NCBI GenBank assembly: GCA_963777965.1
Contig: CAVZSS010000022.1
Location: 1,829-65,828 of the forward strand
Reading direction: 5' to 3'
Length of the DNA: 64,000 nt
Source of the DNA: an uncultured Chloroflexia bacterium
GTDB taxonomy: Bacteria; Chloroflexota; Anaerolineae; Anaerolineales; UBA4823
The position numbers were made by a program, and so were the translations under genes. Below the pieces are notes generated by a model. It was not told the origin of the DNA. It searched no databases and saw only the letters and a program-made list of their open reading frames with translations. Of this stretch, positions 24,297-31,930 are shown piece after piece (the stretch's first letter is position 1; each line of letters begins with the position of its first letter).

Positions 24297-25073
24297 ATGC
24301 CTCAGAAAAATCATTATGCCTTCGTGATTGATGTCGCCCGCTGCATCGACTGCCGGGCATGCCTTGTGGCGTGCAGCGTGGAGAATAACGTGCCTATGGA
24401 TCACACCCGCATCTGGGTATATGACCAGGGGATACAGGGAAATTGGCCTGACCTCAGCCGTACCTTTGTGCCCTACAACTGCATGCACTGTGAACACCCC
24501 CCCTGCACCGAGGTTTGTGTCAGTGGCGCCACCTACAAGGATAAAGTTAATGGTCTCGTGCTGGTGGATCAGGAAGCCTGTATCGGTTGTGGGTATTGTG
24601 TGGAAGCCTGTCCCTATGGGGTGCGTTATATTGACCAGAAACGCGGCGTGGTCGATAAATGTAATGCCTGCCTGCAGCGGCTGGAAGTTGGTCTCGAGCC
24701 AGCCTGTGTCGCCACTTGCGTTGGGAAGTCGCGCCTGTTTGGTGACCTGAATGATCCCGCCTCCGAAGTCTCGCTTGCGCTGCGGAATGCCAAATCGGTA
24801 ACAAATCTGGATTATGAAAAAGGCGAGACGGATACTGACCCAAATATTTACTTCCTGAACCTTCCGGAAACCGAGAGCATCTATTCCTCGGATCCCTTTG
24901 GGCAGGTAGTACAAACCTCCCTGCCTCGCGATCCGCATTACACCCTAGCTCAGGAAAGCTGGAGAAAAGTGGTCATCCCGCTTATGGCGGCGGCCATGGG
25001 GGCAACCTTCCTGGTGCAGGCTATCTTCTTCACCAAACAGCTGATTGAGGGTGAGAAGGAATTCGAGGATTAG
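24297..25073 (+). CDS. 4Fe-4S electron-transfer subunit (PhsB/PsrB/NrfC-like) with a C-terminal TM helix
   Basis: CIDCRAC, CMHCEHPPC, CIGCGYCVEACP, KCNAC...PACV; hydrophobic C-terminus. Confidence 0.9.
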   Translation: MPQKNHYAFVIDVARCIDCRACLVACSVENNVPMDHTRIWVYDQGIQGNWPDLSRTFVPYNCMHCEHPPCTEVCVSGATYKDKVNGLVLVDQEACIGCGYCVEACPYGVRYIDQKRGVVDKCNACLQRLEVGLEPACVATCVGKSRLFGDLNDPASEVSLALRNAKSVTNLDYEKGETDTDPNIYFLNLPETESIYSSDPFGQVVQTSLPRDPHYTLAQESWRKVVIPLMAAAMGATFLVQAIFFTKQLIEGEKEFED

Positions 25074-25093
25074 GCAGGAGAAGGAGAGATGAA

Positions 25094-25891
25094 ATGAGCC
25101 ATAAAAATATTCCTTTACCAGAACGACAGCGACTGCGCCAAAAGATGTACAAGAAGCATAATCTTGCCAACATCCTGACCCACTGGTTCAATGTATTCTC
25201 CTGGCTGCTGCTGCTTTCCACTGGGATTGCCATCATCTCATCCCCCAGGTTGGGGATCACCCCGCTTTGGATGCAGGACGCCTTCCGCAATATATTCGGA
25301 GGCGACGCCAATCTGATCCGCTTTCACTATACAGTGGGTTTTGTCTGGATCTTTGTGATTATATTCAATGTTTTTGTCGGTTTCCGAAAGTACTTCGTTC
25401 CCTTCGCCGCAAAACGCATGCTCTTGGACAGGGATGACATTGAGTGGATGAAGATCAAACCCCTGCAGATGATGGGCTTCATGAAGGGCAAGGATCTGCC
25501 ACCGCAGGATGCTTACAATGCCGGGCAGAAGATTTACAGCTATTTTGTTGTGGTTTGCACGCTTGGGATCATGGTCACCGGGCCGCTGATGGTGCATAAA
25601 TCCCTTTTCCCACCCATCGTCAAGCAGATCGCTCAACCGATTCACTTCATCTGTGTTTTCACAATTGTTGCCTGGTTGTTCATCCATGTTTATATGGGGG
25701 CGGTCTTCCCGGAAGAAAAGGAAGCCTTCTTCTCGATGTTTTCGGGCAAGGTTTCTGCCTGGTATGCACGCGCTCACCATGAGAAATGGTACAATGAAAA
25801 GCTCAAAGAGGAGACGGTGTGGGAGGATGAAGTCGAGCAAGAAGTGCTGGAATCAGATCCCCTCAAGGAAGGAACCAGCGGAGCAGACTGA
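25094..25891 (+). CDS. Cytochrome b membrane anchor, FdnI/PhsC type
   Basis: LTHW, RFHY, PPQDAYNAGQK, PIHF...IHVY, AMF/SMFSG-like motif, HHEKWY. Confidence 0.85.
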   Translation: MSHKNIPLPERQRLRQKMYKKHNLANILTHWFNVFSWLLLLSTGIAIISSPRLGITPLWMQDAFRNIFGGDANLIRFHYTVGFVWIFVIIFNVFVGFRKYFVPFAAKRMLLDRDDIEWMKIKPLQMMGFMKGKDLPPQDAYNAGQKIYSYFVVVCTLGIMVTGPLMVHKSLFPPIVKQIAQPIHFICVFTIVAWLFIHVYMGAVFPEEKEAFFSMFSGKVSAWYARAHHEKWYNEKLKEETVWEDEVEQEVLESDPLKEGTSGAD

Positions 25892-25911
25892 TAACCGCCT
25901 GATTTGTTGAT

Positions 25912-25939
25912 AAACCGCTCCTGAAAAGGGCGGTTTTTT
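25912..25939 (+). terminator. Rho-independent terminator
   Basis: aaaccgctc-ctgaaaa-gggcggttt followed by a T-run. Confidence 0.7.
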
Positions 25940-25954
25940 ATCCCTAACTTGCCC

Positions 25955-26986
25955 ATGCGTCCATCTTTTTACGACCATTTACACCCACCCACGATCCCAG
26001 CCCCTCAGGCGCGCCTGCGCTACACCCTGGGGATGGGGGGATTGGCTGTATTCCTGACCCTGGTGGTGGGTCTCACCGGCGTCATGGTGACCTTTTTTTA
26101 CATCCCCACGCCTGAAGGGGCAGCAAATTCCGTTCAATCCCTGACTTTCCTGGTTCCATTCGGCTGGCTGATACGCAACCTGCATTACTGGTCTGCCCAG
26201 TTGTTGATCCTGGTGTCGTTACTCCACCTGCTGCGGGTAGTTTTCACTGGGGCTTACCTGCCTCCGCGCCGGCTCAATTACCAACTCGGGTTGTCCCTGC
26301 TGGTCGTCTGCCTTTTCCTCGATTTCACCGGCTACGTGTTACGTTGGGACGAGGGTGTTCATTGGGCGCTGGTGGCAGGCACAAATTTGGTGAAGTCCAT
26401 CCCATTGGTTGGCGATGGGCTCTATATAACCCTTGTGGGTGGCAGCCAGGTAGGCGCAGCTACCCTGATTCGCTTCTATGCCTGGCACCTTTTCGGTCTG
26501 ATGCTTATCCTGATGGCAATTGGAGTATGGCACCTGTTCCGGGTTCGTCGTGATGGGGGTATTGCTGTGCCACCTCCTGAGCTCCGCGCGACCCACGCGC
26601 GCATCAAACGCAAAGAGCTATCTCGCCGGGAAGGACTGGCAATGGTATGGGTAACCATTGTGGTGGTGGTACTCGCCATCCTGATACCTGCCCCGTTGGC
26701 ACCGGGTATCCAGGAGGGGTCTGCCTCAGCCATTGAAAACCTGGCCCCATGGTTCTTCCTGTGGGTTCAGCAACTGCTTAAACTGGGGGATCCATTCATT
26801 TTTGGAGTGCTTATTCCTCTTGGGGCACTGTTGGTCCTTGCCCTGGTGCCTTATATCACTCCTAAGAAACTTTCACCAGCCGAGCTCGGCAGGTGGTTCC
26901 CGCATGGTGGGCGCAATATACAAATCCTGATCGCCATCCTTGCAGGGGTGATCATCCTGCTCACGCTACTCGCCCTTCTCACCTGA
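25955..26986 (+). CDS. Cytochrome b of a Rieske/cytochrome b complex (b6-like plus subunit IV-like region)
   Basis: FGWLIRNLHYWSA...HLLRV, FTGYVLRWD, RFYAWH...WHLFRV, APWFF at the PEWY position. Confidence 0.85.
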   Translation: MRPSFYDHLHPPTIPAPQARLRYTLGMGGLAVFLTLVVGLTGVMVTFFYIPTPEGAANSVQSLTFLVPFGWLIRNLHYWSAQLLILVSLLHLLRVVFTGAYLPPRRLNYQLGLSLLVVCLFLDFTGYVLRWDEGVHWALVAGTNLVKSIPLVGDGLYITLVGGSQVGAATLIRFYAWHLFGLMLILMAIGVWHLFRVRRDGGIAVPPPELRATHARIKRKELSRREGLAMVWVTIVVVVLAILIPAPLAPGIQEGSASAIENLAPWFFLWVQQLLKLGDPFIFGVLIPLGALLVLALVPYITPKKLSPAELGRWFPHGGRNIQILIAILAGVIILLTLLALLT

Positions 26987-26987
26987 T

Positions 26988-28206
26988 ATGCGCCGATTGC
27001 TTTTATTCGCCTCGCTTCTTTTATTTGTCGCCTCTGGCTTTGTTCTATGGCGGCAGTTTAGCAATTCCAAACCCATTGGCATCACACCCAGTCTCACCGG
27101 GCAGGCTGAATATTGTCTCACCTGCCATGCTGACCTGCCAGAGGTCAGCCAATCTCACCCAGTGGAAACCTTCGGATGTGTGCTCTGCCACGGTGGGGAA
27201 CCACTGGCACTCTCAGCAGATTTAGCCCACAGCTCCATGCGCGGCGGTGCGAACCCATCGGAGCTTGCAGTTGTGGAAGCTTCCTGTGGAGGTGAGATGT
27301 GTCACAGTGGTACTTCACAGGCAAACCGAGACCACATCCAGCGCGTCGCTACCAGCATTCAAGCAACCTATGCAGGCGCGATTGCCCAGATGCGTTATGC
27401 CTTTGGTGCCCAGCCTGACCTGACTGCTCAAATGGGTGTGTATGCCATTGATGGGCTTTCCGCATTCGACCCTGCTTCAGATAGCTCCCCCGCCCTGCAG
27501 TTATTTTCTGATAATTGCCTGTTTTGCCACCTATCTGCGGATCCTTTGGAGGGAGAAGAATTCAACCGCTGGAGTGGTTGTTCCGCCTGCCATTCCCCAG
27601 CTCCACGGGAGGATGGAACCCTCGTTCACCAGCTGGCAACATCGGTTGCCTACACCCAATGCAACAAATGCCATAATCGCGGTAATTATAGATTATCGGA
27701 TATGCAATTTCACCCACGTGATGATGCCCCAACCGATCGTTTAGGGGATTATTATCAGCCGATTGCTGAGTTCACCCGCTGTGAGTGGACTCTTGATTGT
27801 GCAGACTGCCACACCCGGCAGGAAGCAATGGGTGATGGGCACATCTACAACAACAAGAAGGAGATCCAGTATATCCAATGCCGCACCTGCCATGGCACGT
27901 CCGACGCCCTGCCGCTCTCCTATACCATCACTGAAGAGGACGACCTTGCTCTGCGACTGGATTTCCTTAATCCTGTCCTTGATTTGAAAGTGGGAGATAC
28001 CATCCTGATGACAGATTTAGGTGAGCCTCTGTGGAACATCCGCGTGCTGCCGGGAGATAGGTCGAGTACACCGATGTATGATCTCTTCACCAAAGCCACT
28101 GGTCAACGCCTCACATTTAACCCAGTGATGGGTAGTGCCTGCCAGCAGGACCCTAGATCAACAGGAAGCGCGTTACTGCCATGAATGCCATGCCATCGAA
28201 AGATGA
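26988..28206 (+). CDS. Multiheme c-type cytochrome (8 CxxCH plus one CX4CH); frameshift near 3' end
   Basis: CLTCH, CVLCH, CGGEMCH, CLFCH, CSACH, CNKCH, CADCH, CRTCH, and CHECH in the shifted frame ending at TGA 28204-28206. Confidence 0.8.
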
Positions 28207-28619
28207 TATCCTCTCCCGTCGCAGCTTCCTTGACCTGGCGGTGAAGGCAAGCCTGGCAGGTTCAGCCTTGATAGGTTTGGGGATGATGGTGCGCTACTTC
28301 AGCTTTCAAAGTGAGGCTAAACCCTCCCAGTGACTATGATCTGGGTCCAGCATCAGATTATCCGCCCGGATCACGCATCCCTGTCCAGTCTGCACAGGCA
28401 ATCATCATCCATGACACCCAGGGTTATTCAGCCATCAGCCTGGTCTGCCCCCATCTGGGCTGCGTTATCAACGTGAACGGCGATGGGTTTACCTGTCCAT
28501 GCCATGGCTCACGTTTCCTGCCTGATGGCAGCTTGCGGAGCGGTCCGGCGTCTCACCCCTTGACCAGCTTACGGGTTGAAGTGAATGCTGATGGTCACTT
28601 GATCCTTTATACCGGGTAA
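28190..28619 (+). CDS. Rieske 2Fe-2S protein (one frameshift)
   Basis: MPSKDDILSRRSFL Tat/TM leader from ATG 28190; CPHLGC and CPCHGS boxes; GPA. Confidence 0.88.
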
Positions 28620-28635
28620 GAAAGATGAGGTTTGC

Positions 28636-29214
28636 ATGTCTGAACAGTTATCAGCACTTCTCCGCAAGAGCGCATCCGAACACAGTCACCTATGCCCGCG
28701 CCAGGTTCTGGGGGTGCGCATGGGACTGGCTGGTCTTAAAGCGTTGCGTTTGAAAGCCCCGCTGAGCACTAGGACAGCCCTCGTCATCATCGAAACGGGG
28801 GGATGTTTTGCTGATGGTATAAGGGCAGCCACAGGCGCGACCGTTGGCCATCGGACACTCAGGGTCGAAGACCTGGGTAAGGTTGCCGCCACCTTCACCA
28901 ATCTGAAGTCCGGGACCAGCCTGCGGATGGCACCCAGGTTGGACGTCAGGACCCTTGCCCTTGCTTATGCACCGGAAGAGAAACGCCGTTATTTCGCCCA
29001 GCTACAAGGTTACCAGGTGATGCCAGATGAAGAACTGTTTATTTTTCAATCGGTGGAATTGCAGACCCCCGCCTCCCAGATCATCAGCCACCAGAATGCC
29101 CGCGCGCGATGTTCAAACTGTGGGGAAGAGATCATCAACGAACGCGAGCTGGTGGTGGAAGGTACGATTCTATGCCGTACATGCGCACACGGTGGGTACT
29201 ACCGACTAAAGTAG
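28636..29214 (+). CDS. FmdE family protein with C-terminal zinc finger
   Basis: HSHLCPRQVLGVRMG, CFADG, CSNCGE...CRTC. Confidence 0.85.
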   Translation: MSEQLSALLRKSASEHSHLCPRQVLGVRMGLAGLKALRLKAPLSTRTALVIIETGGCFADGIRAATGATVGHRTLRVEDLGKVAATFTNLKSGTSLRMAPRLDVRTLALAYAPEEKRRYFAQLQGYQVMPDEELFIFQSVELQTPASQIISHQNARARCSNCGEEIINERELVVEGTILCRTCAHGGYYRLK

Positions 29215-29244
29215 TTTATTTTTTTGGCGTATGGCAAGCGCCAT

Positions 29245-29680
29245 GGGGCGGATGGCAACCGCCCTTACTTATTCTTTTCTACTTGTATGGGCGCAAGGTT
29301 TGCGCCCCAGCCTGCATATGCCTAAGGTTTGTGTCCCGGGGCGGATTTCAACCGCCCTGACTTATTCTCCTATACTTGTATGGGCGTAAAGATTTCACCT
29401 CAACTTGTATGTGTGTAAGGCTTGTGTCTGGGGGCGGATTCCATCCGCCCTTACTTATTCACCCATGCTTGTATGGGCGCAAGGTTTACACCTTAACCTG
29501 AATATGTCTAAGGTTTGTTTCCTGTGGCGGATTCCAACCGCCCTGACTTATTCTCTGATACTTGTATGGGCGCAAGGATTGCGCCCCAGCCTGTATATGT
29601 CTAAGGTTTGTGTCCTCGGAGAGATTCCACCGCCCTTACTTATTCTCCTATACTTGTATGGGCGCAAGGATTGCGCCCAG
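29245..29680. repeat. Tandem array of about five 93-bp units, each with two hairpins (BIME-like REP array)
   Basis: Units start near 29245, 29338, 29431, 29524 and 29617: ggcggattcca(a/t)ccgccc-ttacttattctc...gtatgggcgcaagg(t/a)ttgcgccc-agcctg...taaggtttgtgtc. Confidence 0.9.
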
Positions 29681-29709
29681 ATGAATATGATTTAACCAAA
29701 TCTGGGATT

Positions 29710-30285
29710 TTACTCAGATTTTGAAGGGTATAGCTGATCTTTCTGCCAATTTTGTAGGTTGGTGTCTATGTAGTCCCATATTTTCTGAAACTCCCCCTCA
29801 TTCCGGATGATATGCTCAAAATAATTACGTTGCCAGATTTTCATCATATGTAAATCACGCGTAGAGCGACTAGTCACAGCAGATTTGAAACCTGATATGA
29901 AAGTTGATAATGAATGTGGCATTCGGTGTACCTGTTGATGATTTTCTCTAGACATGATGGAGTGTACTTTCTCTCCATCAAAATTATTTACTTCGATAGG
30001 GATACTATTGTTATCAATCCAAACAATACCGTGCAGATGGTTTGGCATTAGAATAAATTCATCTTCATTTACACGAATTTCTTTTCGTATCTTAATGGTC
30101 CGGAACCATTCATCATAAATAATTAGACCCAGTTTAGATGCTATTATCTCGCCGTCTCTTATTTCTCCAAATATTTCTTCATGCTGATAAGCGAGGATTG
30201 TGATGAAATATGCTCCTGGCTGTGTATAGTCGTATCCTTTCAGACGGATAGATCTTCGGTGATGGATTTGAGGATTGAATGTCAT
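29710..30285 (-). mobile_element. REP-associated tyrosine transposase (RAYT)
   Basis: HHRRSIRLKGYDY, YFITI, MPNHLHGI, FKSAVT, WQRNYFEHIIR...DYI. Confidence 0.9.
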
Positions 30286-30326
30286 TTAGTCCGTAATATA
30301 TATATAATTTGATAATAAGAGTAATT

Positions 30327-30480
30327 GGGTAGGATTCCAACCGACCTGACTTATTCTCTTATACTTGTATGGGCGCAAGGATTGCGCCCCAGCCTGTATA
30401 TGTCTAAGGTTTGTGTCCTGTGGCGAATTCCATCCGCCCTCTTATTCTCCAATACTTGTATGGGCGTAAGTTTTGCGCAC
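30327..30480. repeat. Two more copies of the 93-bp REP unit on the other side of the RAYT
   Basis: ttccaaccgacctgacttattctc...gtatgggcgcaaggattgcgccccagcctgtatatgtctaaggtttgtgtc, then a second degenerate copy. Confidence 0.85.
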
Positions 30481-30485
30481 ACCAG

Positions 30486-30977
30486 CTACAAAATGGTATT
30501 CAATATCCCGGTCAACAGGATATATGCCAGCGCTCCCACCACCACGGTAAAAAATGCTTTCGTATCATCCAGGTCCAATCCCTGGCGGATGGCGATGAAT
30601 TCAGCTGCGATTGCCCAGATGATGCCAATCAAGCCACCCACGCATGGGATGATGCTCAATATCATGGGGGAATAAGCAAACCCGATTACACGCAGCATCT
30701 GGCCTATGTCAGCCTCTCCCTTGAAGAAGCGCGTACCGACGAACCAGGTCACGGCTGACCAAAGCAACCAGCCAAGCAGCACGCCGATCAAAGATCCAAG
30801 GAATCCGCTGAAGAAACTTCGATGCAAGAAACCATTAAATAGTCCGTTCCCAACCCCACTCACAAGTGAAACCAACAGGACGATGATAGCAGCAGGTAAG
30901 GTTAGGCTGGTATCGTGCTCAATCTCCTCGAAGGTCGAGGCGCTAAGTTTAAATACACCGATGATGCGAGCAAACAT
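30486..30977 (-). CDS. YIP1 family membrane protein
   Basis: TFEEIEHD, RVIGFAYSP, IAIRQGLD; multiple TM helices; RBS ggaggt. Confidence 0.8.
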   Translation of the reverse strand: MFARIIGVFKLSASTFEEIEHDTSLTLPAAIIVLLVSLVSGVGNGLFNGFLHRSFFSGFLGSLIGVLLGWLLWSAVTWFVGTRFFKGEADIGQMLRVIGFAYSPMILSIIPCVGGLIGIIWAIAAEFIAIRQGLDLDDTKAFFTVVVGALAYILLTGILNTIL

Positions 30978-31106
30978 GATTCACCTCCAATGTTCCTCAG
31001 TCATAACCCTATAGCCTGGGTAGGGTTACGCAGGTAATAACCATGTGAGTGTTCATACGTTAATTCGCAGCCAGCTTACGGTTTTGCAAGGTGGGGGCAA
31101 AGATAG

Positions 31107-31135
31107 TTGATTTTTTAATGGTTTTCTGCTAAAAT
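31107..31135 (+). promoter_or_regulatory. Sigma70-type promoter for the flp gene
   Basis: TTGATT-17nt-TAAAAT with extended -10 TG. Confidence 0.6.
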
Positions 31136-31311
31136 AATAGCAGAATTATAAAACATGATCATGGCAACTCCAGGGCTTCGAGCGCGACCACAGTCATTTT
31201 CATTATCATATATTCTCGCTCCCCAATTTATTCACTGGCCCCCCCGATGTCTCCCGGAGATGAAGCCTAGATCACCATAAGGTTATCATCACTGAAAGGA
31301 GGTTGGGCACC

Positions 31312-31473
31312 ATGTTATTTCAAAAAACGGAGCGAGGCCAGGGAATGGTCGAATATGCATTAATTATCCTTTTAATAGCCATTGCAGTTATCGCAGCATT
31401 AACGATCTTTGGCACACAATTATCTACCACATACAGTTTTATTGATAGTAGCGTTGGCGCGGTGATCCCTTAA
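31312..31473 (+). CDS. flp: Flp/Fap type IVb pilin, 53 aa (not in the ORF track)
   Basis: RBS aaggagg; MLFQKTERG/QGMVEYALIILLIAIAVIAALTIFGTQLSTTYSFIDSSVGAVIP, with the G|xxxxEY prepilin motif. Confidence 0.9.
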   Translation: MLFQKTERGQGMVEYALIILLIAIAVIAALTIFGTQLSTTYSFIDSSVGAVIP

Positions 31474-31485
31474 CTCTCATACATC

Positions 31486-31518
31486 AAAACAACCCGCTTC
31501 AGTGGGTGTTTTGTTTCT
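31486..31518 (+). terminator. Terminator after flp (possibly bidirectional)
   Basis: aaaacaacccgc-ttca-gtgggtgttttgtt. Confidence 0.55.
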
Positions 31519-31578
31519 ATGGGTAAATTGCAACGAATTACGGTCTTGATCAGGATAGTGATGCTATTGTTCGATCTC

Positions 31579-31833
31579 TCAGCTTGGTTTGAGGCGTGTC
31601 TTATTCGTTTTCGAATTATATTGGTACGCCTTCCCACAACTCGGGCATTTTAAATTGACCCAGCTCCCGGTTTGTTTTCCCGAATCTCCCAGGCTTTCCC
31701 GCTTCTTCTGGTAAGCTTTATCCAATGCCGCGCTAGGAGGTCCTTTGCTTACGCCGAATACGGCTTTATTTATCGTGCGCACCTTTCCACAATGAGGGCA
31801 AGTGATTTTAATCGCCTGTTCAGGCATAGGCAC
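31579..31833 (-). CDS. Small basic zinc-ribbon protein
   Basis: CPHCG and CPSCG pairs; Lys-rich. Confidence 0.55.
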   Translation of the reverse strand: MPMPEQAIKITCPHCGKVRTINKAVFGVSKGPPSAALDKAYQKKRESLGDSGKQTGSWVNLKCPSCGKAYQYNSKTNKTRLKPS

Positions 31834-31930
31834 CTCTGCATTCTTTGTAACGCGATATTATTGAAAAGACAATCGGTTCCACATGCTAAGTAATTATGGG
31901 TATAGGTTGCAATTCGCATGCCCGAATTTT

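Noticed and set aside
24270-25840. Long antisense ORFs (24270..24938, 25238..25840, also 625..1473 and 57729..58328)
   Set aside because: They are shadows of well-supported genes on the opposite strand.
29405-29695. ORFs 29405..29695, 29109..29360 and 30325..30675 as repeat proteins
   Set aside because: They stay open only because the DNA period (93) is a multiple of 3; no RBS and no protein-like composition.
29245-30480. 93-bp periodic array as a CRISPR array
   Set aside because: The whole unit is conserved with no unique spacers, there are no cas genes, and the hairpins are REP-like and flank a RAYT.
30980-31100. c-di-GMP riboswitch upstream of the YIP1 gene
   Set aside because: A hairpin (taaccctatagcctgggtagggtta) and a gcaaaacc segment are present, but the GEMM two-stem consensus could not be matched.
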